From Heterodontus francisci (Eukaryota), in NCBI RefSeq assembly GCF_036365525.1, contig NC_090401.1, forward strand, positions 30,711,036 through 30,775,035: 64,000 nucleotides of DNA. The letters run 5' to 3'. A program made the position numbers and the translations under genes. Below, piece after piece: positions 1-10,700 of this stretch (position 1 is the first letter of the stretch; the number at the start of each line of letters is the position of its first letter). The notes below the pieces were generated by a model that had not been told where the DNA came from, made no database searches, and saw nothing but the letters and a program-made list of their open reading frames with translations.

Positions 1-1984
1 CGAGGGGAACCTCACCTCAGCCCTTCAGAGAGCACCCCAACCTCCTCTTCCCCCGGCTCTATTTAATGGTGCTCGGGCAATTAATTGCCTGGCGCAGGGG
101 CCCCCATTCCTTTAAGGATAGGGTTCCCGCCTCCCAGAGCTGCTGACCAGTCAGAGGGCCGGCAGCTCAGTAGTATCAGCAGCAACACCAGGAGCGGTGG
201 CCACTTCCAGTACAAGCTGCCCAGGACCAGGACCAGCTCTGGTGCCCGGGACCTCAGGTAAGTTAATGAAGGATAGCCAGAACAATTTGAAAAGGGAGAT
301 CATGCTTGACTAATCTAATTGAATTTTTTGATGAAGTAACAGAGAAGGTTGATGAAAAGAATGTGGTGGATGTTGTTTATATAGATTTTAAGAAAGCGTT
401 TGATAAGGTACTACATAAAAGGCCGGTTAACAAAATTGAGGCTCATGGAATAGGAGGGTCAGTGTCCAATTGGATAAAAATTGGCTTAAGGACAGAAAGC
501 AGCGTGTTGTGGTGAATAGTTGTTTTTCAGACAGGAGGATGATAGACAATGGTGTTCCCCAAGGGCCAGTGCTAGGACCTCTGCTTTTTTTTTTACTATA
601 TATAAATGCCTTGGATCTTGGAATAGAGTAGAATTTCAAAATTTGAATATGACACCAAACTTGGAGGTGTGGCAAACAATGAGGATGAAATGAACTGCCT
701 GCAACAGGACACAGATAAGCTAGCAGAATGAACAGAGAGGTGGCAGATGGAATTTAATACTGACAAGTGCGAGGTGATGCATTTTGGCAGAAGGGAAAGG
801 CAATATATAATTCATGGCACAGTTCTGAAGAGTGTGCAGGAACAGAGGGGCCCATGGGTGCATATCCATCGATCTTTGAAGATGGCAGGACATATTGAGA
901 GAGTGCTTTGCAAAATATTTGGGATCTTTGGATTCATAAATAGTGGCATTGAGTACAAAAGCAGAGAAGTTATGCTGAAACTTTATAAAGCTCTGGTTAG
1001 GCCCCAACTAAAGTATTGCATCCAGTTCTGGTCCTCACACGTTAGGAAGGATGTGAGGGTCCTTGAGAAAGTACAGAGGAGATTTACCAGAATGGTTCCA
1101 GAGATGGCCGGGGGGGTGGGGGGGGGGGGGTTGGGGTTTAGTTACAAGGCTAGGTTGGGAAAGCTGCTGTTGTTCTCCTTAGAACAAAGGAGATTGAGGG
1201 GAGATTTACTAGAAGTGTACAAGATTATGACAAGCTTCGATAAGTTAGACAAGGATGTTCCCATTAACTAATAGTACAATGACTATGGGACACAGATTGA
1301 AGGTTTTAGGCAAGAGATACAGGGGGAATAAGAGGAAGATCTTTTTTGTGCAGCGAGTGTTAATGGCCTGGAATACGCTGTCCACAAGGGTAGTGGAAGC
1401 GGAGACAATCAATGACTTCAAAAGGAAATTGGATGGCCACTAGAAGGAAATAGACAGGGCTACAGGGATCAAGCAGGGGAGTGGGACTGACTGGATAGCT
1501 CTGTGGAGAGCCAGCATGGACTCGATGGGCCAAATGGCCTCCTTCTGTGCTTTAAATGACTGTATGACTCGATGTCTCTAGAAGTGTGACAGGGTCGCCA
1601 GGACCAGTACGACAGGCCTTGGCGAGGGGTGGGGGAGGCTAGTCATTGAGGGCAAGGTGGGGGGATTTTTGGAGGGGCAGCCTTTGCTGCCGGGGGCACT
1701 CTGTGGACCACAGATTGCCCACGGAGGAGGCCACCTCCAAAAGACCCCCGGAGACTACCTTGTTTTACTGGGTGACTTCCGCACATGGCATTCAACCAGC
1801 GGCAGCAGGAAGAGGCCCTTAAGGGCCTGAATTGGCCTCTGGGCGGGAAAGCTGTCTTCGACCTTTCCCTCCCCCAACAAAATCACATGATGAGGGGAAG
1901 GTGACGGGTTCTCCGCCTGCCGTTGCTATTTTTGGGGCCCCCCACCTCCATTTCTGTACCTAGGGGACCCATAAAATTCTGGCC
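1..1984. mobile_element. GC-rich PIF/Harbinger-type MITE (left end outside window), interrupted by a CR1 insertion
   Basis: Right end ATAAAATTCTGGCC (1971-1984) resembles the AAAATTCAGCCC-type terminal inverted repeat (TIR) of other copies here; internal motifs (gagctgctgaccagtcagagg, ggaagaggcccttaag) are shared with the elements at 24.5, 34.3 and 55.8 kb. Confidence 0.6.
284..1570 (+). mobile_element. CR1 LINE, 5'-truncated (RT and 3' tail), frameshifted
   Basis: ORFs 306-515 (DVVYIDFKKAFDKV), 747-1271 (LYKALVRPQLKYCIQFWS) and 1255-1443; CR1 3' tail gggccaaatggcctccttctgtgc...tatgactc. Confidence 0.95.
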
Positions 1985-2759
1985 AAAGTGCGCATATATG
2001 GGACATGGGAGCCTGGAGCTTCCTTCATGGGTGTAACCCCCAAGTTAGATCTAAAAACGTGCCAATGTCATACCCACTTTGCCAACATCAAAATATGCCC
2101 AAATATCCCTCCATTCTCACCATAATGCACCCAAATTTAAAATGAGTGTAAAAGGGCAGTAACCAAAATAAACAATTGCATCCCAAAGAAATGCCAAGCA
2201 TACACCAGTATATTTCTTCTTTGAGTTTTCAAATTTAAGTTTCATCTCATTTAACTGTCATTTATGCACATCAAGCACAGCATGTTTAGGAACCTGCAAT
2301 CAGGGAAGCTTTTCAAGCTTTAATGTGACTTATATTATTCCATTAAAATGCATTAACAGAAACAGAAAATACAGAGCGGGTCTCAGTGAGCATAATTTTT
2401 TTAAACGCTCAAAAAATTTGAACTAAAACATCAAGAAAATTACTTTGTTTCCTGCTGTGCCTGAAAATCTGTTTGCACTGTTGAGGGACACCGGACAATT
2501 TGTTAGTCGAGGCCATGGCCAGTTTCATTCAAATGCAGGGTTTGACTGACAGTCGTAAAAGATTGAGAAGGCTTGGGTGTGTTGTACTTATGAGCATAAC
2601 TCATTTATACCCAAAAATCTGCGATCCTTTAAGCCACATAATTTGTTTGCAGCCAGAAAACTCCAAGTTACAGGAAGGACAGGATTGGGCTCGGAAAAGT
2701 TGAGGACAAGTTGATGATATATCTAATCTTGATATATGGCTAAAACTTAATGAGTCCCC

Positions 2760-3020
2760 TCATGAATTGTTGAGTAACTCTCCACTCTGTATTACTGAGC
2801 GCACAGGCCAGAACACCACAGATTGGATGCCTGGGTTGTGCTGAGTTGGCTAACCCGAATTAGGGCTGCAACCGGGACACTACTGCTGACTAGTCAACTT
2901 TGGAGGTGATACAACCTGCCAAGTCTCTGTACCTGATTGCTATGCAATGACTCCCTAATGGAAATTTTGCATTTGTGGACATTGGTGAGGATGGGATTGA
3001 GCTTGGAATATCTGAGGACA
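2760..3020 (+). mobile_element. Ancient LF-SINE-like element
   Basis: tgtgctgagttggcta and cctgattgctatgcaatgac...tgtggacattggtgaggatgggattgagcttgg match my recollection of the LF-SINE consensus; highly diverged. Confidence 0.6.
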
Positions 3021-4103
3021 AGTCAGCCAGTGACAACTCATATGCGTCCCCTAGTGAGAATTTCAAGATGATCATTAGCAAAAGTTTGAAACCAGGTTGT
3101 CTGTCATTCGGCTAGTTCAGGAAGAAAAAATGTGACACAGAGAGTCACCATCTCAAGGAGGAAGGAAGGGAAACACAGAACGGGAACATATCAAAAGGCA
3201 CACTGTGGAGGAACATAAGATTGAAATGCCATTTTCAATGGAAAGTAGGGGAATGCTCATTAGGCTGTGTAGTTAACAACGCACTTATGAAATTACAGCC
3301 ATGTGTGATTTGAAACCATGCAAATTCTGAGAATGAAAATTCCTTAAAGCACGTTGGGTTTTTTTTAAACAGAGGAAAAATTTCACCCCACTGATCTTCA
3401 GAGAAATTTAAGAGCATGTCTCAGAAATTAAATGTACTACATCAAAAGCTAATCAAATTGTCAGGTACAAAAAACCCTACACTCCAGCAAAGCAGTAAAT
3501 GAAAGTCATAACTTACTACAGAACATGATACAGGTTCATAAATAAGTCATGGTGTTTATATTGCTCTTTGTAATTAGAGCAAAGCTTGTGTTTGTGTTTT
3601 CTTGTGTAGTAATAAGACAAAAGATGTAGCATCTTTATTACATTGTTAGGTTTGCTCTGCAGAGTTTTTATTGTGTACATTCTTCCTCAAAGTGGTTGGA
3701 ATGATATGCTTCCATGTCCATATGTTAAAAGGGATCCTCACCTATGAAGTTTCTTCTACTCTACAAATAATTGTCCAGTAACAAAACTGTAGGAAGCCAT
3801 TGCTGTATTTTTTCAAAAGATTATATCTATAAATGGAAACGGGAGTGCTTTCTTAATCCTGAAGGTTAAAACAATTATTATGCAGATTAGGAAATCTTCA
3901 GGGGCACAACCAAACATTGAGGTTCTTATGGTACTTAAGATGATTCTTTCACATGCAATTGTATTCTTTGTATACATGTATTCTTCCAGTGTACCTCATT
4001 CTACCATGAATGGACATTCAAATATTTTGCAACATACACCATTGCAAGCATTGGTCTATTCCCAAACCACCCACACGTATTAAGCATGTATCAGACCACA
4101 TCT

Positions 4104-5278
4104 CCAAGAAACCTGGTGACAGGGTTTATTGTGAAAGAACGAGTTGGTGATGCAGAGGTTATGATAGGTACACAACTCAAGCAGTCGCTGTCCATTCTCA
4201 TTCATCCTTCCAATGCCATAGCGCCCAAGGCAGGAGGGCCATGAGTCATGGTCGGCCCCAACCCTGGCATTAAAGTCCCCCAGCAGGAACAGATGTTCGG
4301 TATTGGGGACGCTACTAATGATATTATGGTCTTTAGCTTCAGGTGGGGAGCAGAGTGTTGGAGAATAGATGCTGAGTAGGTGTACTGGACCAGAGGCGGT
4401 GAGCAGTCGGATGGACAGTATGCGTTCTGAGCCACTTGAGGTTGGCTCTATCATGCTGAGCAAAGAGTTTCTGATGGCGAAGCCCACTCCATGCTATCTT
4501 GGTTCTTCAGGATCCCTACCCTGCCAGTAAAAGGTGTAGTCTTGCTCTCTTAGAGATCCGCTCGTAGGGAGGCGTGTCTCCTGAAGTGCTGCAATGTCTA
4601 CATTGAGTCGACTGAGCTCGTTGTTAATGATGGTGGTCTTCCGAGAATCGTTGATTTGTGTAAGGTCTTCCGACAGGCCAGGACACATAGTTCTGATGTT
4701 CCAGCTTGCAAAACGAAGGGCTGGTACCTTCTTTCCTTTTTTTTTCGTGCTGTTTGGTGCGGTGTTGCAGTCAACTTTTCGGGCAATGACCCTGAGCTCC
4801 AAGCACCCATTGAAGCAGGTGGACTGTGGCGGGACAGAACCTTATTGACTGGGGGCTTCCCGGTTTGAGGCGGGCGGTAGCTGTCCAGTGAGGTGCGATG
4901 ACCTCTCCCACCGACAAAGGCAACCCGTGGCGCCCAATCTCTACGCCAATTGAGCTGGACTTATAACCCGTAACTGCTGCCTTCCGTGTTGTTTCGGTCG
5001 CTGTAAGGTGACTATGGAGTGACCTCTCCATGGCGCATGCCTGGGCGAATTTATGGAGGTTGTGAGTTGCCCAAGAGTCAAAAGCCCCCTCTCGGCCTTT
5101 CTGGTGGGGTCCAAAGGAGTGCAGAGCATGACGTTTGGCACCGGCATGGCTGCAGGAACTGCCGGAAACATGCCAAAGGTGACACATGACCGCCTACGGG
5201 GTTCCGCTCCGGATTTTCTGTTAGGGTTTATTCCGTTCGCCTTGAACTCTCCAGAGATGCCCACAAGGCAGTGGGTTT
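4104..5278 (-). mobile_element. RTE 5' UTR and AP-endonuclease N-terminus (inverted segment)
   Basis: ORFs 4494-4802 (RFASWNIRTM, VDIAALQETRL) and 4080-4487 (LLGDFNARVG, GRMNENGQRLLELC) carry APE motifs of RTE-clade LINEs. Confidence 0.92.
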
Positions 5279-5284
5279 GTTGCG

Positions 5285-5475
5285 TGGAGGGAAGGAAGTG
5301 CGAGGGGGAGCTGGGAAGGGGGCTGCAGGGGAAGGGGGTGCGGGGGGAAGATGGTGCGAGGGGGGAGCTGGGAAGGGGTTGCAATGGGGGGAGGGGGTAG
5401 GGGAAGAGGGTGCGAGGGGGGAGCTGGGAGGGGGGAGTGGGGGGGGGAGGGTGGTGGTGGGAAGGGGGTGCAGGT
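5285..5475 (+). repeat. G-rich degenerate tandem repeat (G-quadruplex-prone)
   Basis: Recurrent gtgcgagggggagctgggaaggg unit with many runs of three or more G. Confidence 0.8.
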
Positions 5476-5639
5476 AATAAAACATTTCATCAGTTCCCAC
5501 CATCCCAGAAGACCTCGCTGTGCCTGGTGTGTTGGTTGCTGCTGTGTTTAACAGGATTCCTCATAAGGATTACTCATGGAGATGACAAAGGGAAATGGTT
5601 CATAACCCAGCACAAAACCACTGCCACACATCAATTGAC

Positions 5640-5700
5640 ATCAGCCTGGGAGAATGTTACCAGTGGAGTCCCACAGGGGTCTGCTTTGCAACCTGTTTCA
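5640..5700 (+). mobile_element. Short CR1 RT fragment inside the captured segment
   Basis: Translates SAWENVTSGVPQGSAL, the CR1 RT GVPQGS motif. Confidence 0.7.
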
Positions 5701-5732
5701 TATCTTCATAAAAACGTTGCAGCCAGGAGTCA

Positions 5733-5927
5733 CAGCTCATCCGCGTCCTCCGGGAGGTGGGCGACAGCCTTGGGCGCCAGTATCAGCAGAAATTCGCCAA
5801 CATTGCGCTGCAGATGCGCTACGAGCCGCACATCTCCCGCGGCCACTTTGAAATTGTGGCCAAGGAGCCGTTCTGCGCTGGAGTCAACTGGGGCCGGGCC
5901 GTGGCTTTTTACGTGTTCGGGGGCATC
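5733..5927 (+). pseudogene. Bcl-2-family gene fragment (BH3 through BH1)
   Basis: Frame 5712-6080 reads LIRVLREVGDSLGRQYQQKFANIALQMRYEPHISRGHFEIVAKEPFCAGVNWGRAVAFYVFGG, colinear without gaps with BCL2 [59 protein letters not shown]. No BH4 or BH2; in-frame stop upstream at 5709. Confidence 0.88.
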
Positions 5928-6419
5928 TTTTTCTCAATGCTTCCCCTCTGTACTAGGTCTTATTACCCTAGGGTTCCGCTGCTCCTTCCTCTCTGCCTCT
6001 CCTTCCTCTCTGCCTCTCTGCACTGGACTTACCGCACGCCGTGGCCGCGGACGCTCTGGACGATGAAGACAACAGGATAGAAGATCAGAGTATCACCGGC
6101 TGTACTTTGCAATGTTGTCCAGTAGAGAAGGGTAGCCCAGGCGTCCAGGAAACTGGATGTCAATTTCAGCAAAATTCAGTGCTCAATGAAGAAAGCAAAG
6201 AGCAGGTATGGCTGGGAGAGGGCAGTGGGCCCAGGTAACATTAAACTAGCTGTTAACTTGTAGTTAGGGCTACAATGTACTGATTAAAGAGCCAGGGGAA
6301 TTCAAAGAGTTTAAGAGGGTAGATTGGGGGAGAGAGCACTAAGAATGGGAGCAGATGGCCATGAATAGAGTTGCAAAGCAAGGGAGCTTCCTAGGGAGCT
6401 TGCAGTCCAGGAGCCATCT

Positions 6420-7030
6420 TGGATCATATGTCAGCCAAGAGCGACGTCTCAATTCATTCCATCTTCGCTGCCTCTGGAGAATCTTTGGCATCAGGTGGCA
6501 GGACCGTATCTCCAACACAGAAGTCCTCGAGGCGGCCAACATCCCCAGCTTATACACCCTACTGAGTCAGCGGCGCTTGAGATGGCTTGGACATGTGAGC
6601 CACATGGAAGATGGCAGGATCCCCAAGGACACATTGTACAGCGAGCTCGTCACTGGTATCAGACCCGCCAGCCGTCCATGTCTCCGCTTTAAAGACCTCT
6701 GCAAACGTGACATGAAGTCCTGTGACATTGATCACAAGTCGTGGGAGTCAGTTGTCAGCGATTGCCAGAGCTGGCGGGCAGCCATAAAGGCGGGGCTAAA
6801 GTGTGGCGAGTCAAAGAGACTTAGCTGTTGGCAGGAAAAAAGACAGAAGCGCAAGGGGAGAGCCAACTGTGTAACAGCCCTAACAACCAATTTTATCTGC
6901 AGCATCTGTGGAAGACTCTGTCACTCTAGTATTGGCCTTTATAGCCACTCCTGGCGCTGCTCCACAAACCTCTGACCACCTCCATGCGCTTACCCATTGT
7001 CTCCCGAGACAAGGAGGCCAAAGAAGAAGA
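6420..7030 (+). mobile_element. RTE LINE 3' end (RT C-terminus, terminal zinc finger, (AAG)n tail)
   Basis: ORF 6355-6975 contains RLRWLGHV and CSICGRLCHSSIGLYSH; very similar to the copy at 31427-32474. Confidence 0.95.
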
Positions 7031-7504
7031 AGACCACATCTACACATGGACTAACCATACATACCAAAGATAAACCACATCACACCAAATACCTGGGTAA
7101 TGAAGGTTGTGCAGTATCACAAGCCAATCATTTATGCATGTCTCAAATTATATATGGGCATACATGAACGCATAAACAATAAAAATCACTTAAAAATTGT
7201 GTCCAACTAATCAAGCAAACATGCCACTATGATATTTCAGTTAGAATGTATAAAAGTTCTGAGTTAAGTCAGCTTAATGGTGCCAATTATGCAATACATT
7301 GTAACATGTGGAGCCAGTGAATCAGGACAGTGTATACAAATATATGAAAGGACAAAAAAAAACAGTTGATCAATCAAGCCTGTCATGGTATAACTTACGC
7401 ATACCATGGACCTCCTTACCACCAACCAGCTGCTCAAACTCCTGGGAGGGGTACATATGTGAATATGCAAACAATGGCAATCATGTAGTAGCAGAATCCA
7501 ATGC

Positions 7505-7715
7505 AGAGAATCATACAGTACAGAAGAAGGCCATTCAACCCATCATGCCTGTACTGGCAATTTGAAAGAAATGGAATAAGTTCCACTCCCCTGTTCTTTC
7601 CCTGGAGCCCTGCATTTTTATCTTTTTCAAGTATATATCAAATTCCCTTTTGTAAGTTACCATTGAGTCTGCTTCCACTACTCTTTTAGGTAGTGCATCC
7701 TCGATCATATCTCGT
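7505..7715 (-). mobile_element. CR1 3' end fragment
   Basis: agaatcatacagtacagaagaaggccattcaacccatc is the reverse complement of a CR1 tail. Confidence 0.75.
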
Positions 7716-10700
7716 CACAATTTCTGCCCATAATTACTCTGCAATGAGCTCCCTATATCAACTAATCATCAGGAGAAGGTACTTACTGGGCACCCATTTT
7801 GACAGGGAAGGAACAATGACAATAAGAGCAATCAGGAGCTAAATTTCCCTAGCTACTTTTTTGGATTTCATGACTGCATGGGGTTACTGTTATAATCTGT
7901 GAGGAGGCCAGGGAATAATACATGGCATAAGGGAGCCTAAATAATAGCAGTACTGGGGGTGAGATAAAAATATTTAACAAATGGAACATTACATTCTGAA
8001 ATCATTACTAGTCAAAGTACCAAACAGTTAATTAGAGCACTTTCAACCATGTCAGGGAAGTTTCTATATGATAAGATTTTAATGTTGCAGCATCTAGCCA
8101 ACAAAGCTCATGAGACACATGTAGGAAACTAACATCAAAAGCCGAAGAAAGCAGTGATGATTAGAAAGCCATTTTACTTGGAAACTATCAGCTGGTTTCT
8201 CTTTTAACACTGTGCCTAATCTTTGAAAGAGAAATATGAGCCAATGATCCTTTCAATTGGACTGATTATAACCTTGCTTAAGGGTACAGAATACCAGACT
8301 TTCAGATTCTATTTTTTAGGATATAACCATAAGTTGCTAGCTGACGAGTGTGAAATGGGTTTCAAAGTAATCCCATGTTTGGTATAAACAGTGATGTCTT
8401 GGCTTATCTTGTGCAAGTCAGTCTTTAAGGATCAGCCTGTCCAGCAGATTAAACCATTCCGGTTTTGAGGGAGTTTTCAGATACTTCCTGTGATAACGAA
8501 TAATCTCCTTAGCCAATGGAAAGTTTCCTGTATCCTGCTTATCTTTATAATTGTAATGAGACTATCAATTAAGCCTGCTCTGAAAAGCTTAACATAAAGG
8601 CAGTGCAGGAACATCTTGCAGCATTAGATCACCTCTAGCACAGACCCTCTGAGATCCCATCCATTTTGTACTGCCTGCTGACACTGAGGTGAGATCTGCA
8701 GCAAATAGTGGTAAAAATGTCTTTGCTTTAAAGTAAATTCACTTTTGGAAGGTATCGAATGCTATTTTTTGTTTATAAAGCAGAATAGAAGAAAACCACA
8801 AAAAATTGTCAGGAAATCAAAATTTAAAGAAGGGTTTTAGTTCTGATGGAAGCATGCTTTTTTACATTTAATGTCATTAACTTACTGTCCATTGAGAATA
8901 ATAAAGGAGTTAGGAGTTGGTCAGGTCACATAAGAGGCTTTAGGCTCAATAAAGAAATATTTGCGTAAGATCCTTGTCGGTTAGAAGCTAATACTGCGTG
9001 GGCTTAGAGACTCCAGTAGCAGAATGTCAGATTCCTGTTCAGAAGTTCCAGCCTCAAGACAGGACAACTTCAATGGGAAAGATTCACTCTTTCTAACTTT
9101 GATAGGGCAGGAGTGTGGAAAAAAGAACAAAGTTAAAATCTCCCGGAACGCCAGTCTCCGCTCTGCACACCGCACCCCACCCCCCACCTTCCCCAAATAA
9201 AGTATAGGCCCCATAGTGAAGTTGGCAGTAGATATAGAAAGCTGCCACTCAGAAGTTCCAGTTGAATGATATAATGAGACGGGAAGGCAGCTAACAAGCA
9301 ATAAAACAAGTAGAGAGAATAGCAGATACCTCTGCACACAGACAATAAGCACAAGCTAGTTGCTTGTTATCTACTATTCGAGACTAGATTACTTTCTAGA
9401 TCCACAGGCTGGTATTAAGTCCAATATATACAAAAATCAACTTTCATGTAAGATGTAGTTTCTTATTGTGGTTGTATTTTTAGTTGTCATAGTGGCACTA
9501 AAGAACGGCTTCTGGAAATATCATCTTTGTGATATGACACCTACACTAGTCGGAAAATATTTTTCATTGTGACTTCAGGAAGAGGGTGAAAATCATTTTT
9601 CATGCATAAATATAAAGACACATAGCTTGGCGTGATTACAAGGAGATAACCTAATCACTGACAGCATCATGGAGGCAGAACAGCAGCTAAAAGAGATTGA
9701 AACAAGTAGCAGTCAGCAGAGAATAAGAGATGGTTCTGCATGATCTATGTAACTCGAAGAGGCAACTGAACTCTTCACAGATCACAGCACTGAAGAACTT
9801 TTTCAATGTTATATGGGGTGGGGGTGGAGGATGGTTATTTGCCATTTGATCTCTTTTGCTACCACTAGCAGTCAGTACCAACTGTAAGTACTTTCCCTGT
9901 AATTGGTATGTAATGACATTCACAGGAGGATTAACAATGGTAATGTTAGTACTGTGAGTCAGCTGATTACAGGGAAAGTCTGTTGCCAGTATGTATTAGA
10001 AGTGTAATTTTTTTTTAAAGAATTGATATCCCTTGTTCGTGTTTTTTTTTATTGACCTGGTTAACAGGAAACTAGACAATGAGTGCTGCACAAAAGTTGA
10101 GGGAGGTAGAGATGAGAAGAATAACCCATCTATAATTCCTGATTTTCTGCCATTTAATTGACAGAGGGAAAAGACAGAAGAACTGGTTGCCAGTCTCTCT
10201 ACTGCTGCTACTACTGTCCCCATTTTCAGAGCTGCTCAATGGTATGTTTGAAATGAGATTGTTTTACATTTTCCAGTTTTAAACAATTATCCTCCTTCAT
10301 TCTCAAGATAGGCAGCATTTTGTGTGTGCACTTGTTTGTAAATTGTAAATATTACTTTATTAATTAGATGCACCACTGAGATTTGAGATACTGTGGCAAA
10401 CTGCAGGATATTCACTTGGGACTAGTGTAGCATGATTCGTGTCTGGATTGAATAACATAAAAATGCTCCTATGTTACATTCAGTCAGCAAAAAGAAACAT
10501 GGCAACAGATCTGTTCCAAACTTGTAAACTACTGATATCCTGAAGATCAAATGATTTCGGAAAACATCATCTGCCAGGGAAATTTCTTTGCTACTGCTGA
10601 TGTGATTTCAGAATATCTTGACTCTCTGCCTTGGAGCTTTTGCCTGTTAGACTGCTATGCCCAAAACTTAGGGCAGAGAAAGTTCTGTGACTACTTTAAT

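Larger units (their letters stand above)
4104..7030 (+). mobile_element. Composite RTE LINE insertion: inverted 5' segment, captured non-RTE DNA, forward 3' segment
   Basis: Direct repeat AGACCACATCT at 4093-4103 and 7031-7041 flanks the block; (AAG)n RTE tail ends at 7030. Confidence 0.85.

Noticed and set aside
5410-6066. 218-aa ORF across the captured segment
   Set aside because: Runs through unrelated fragments in a different frame from the Bcl-2 homology; it starts inside the G-rich repeat.
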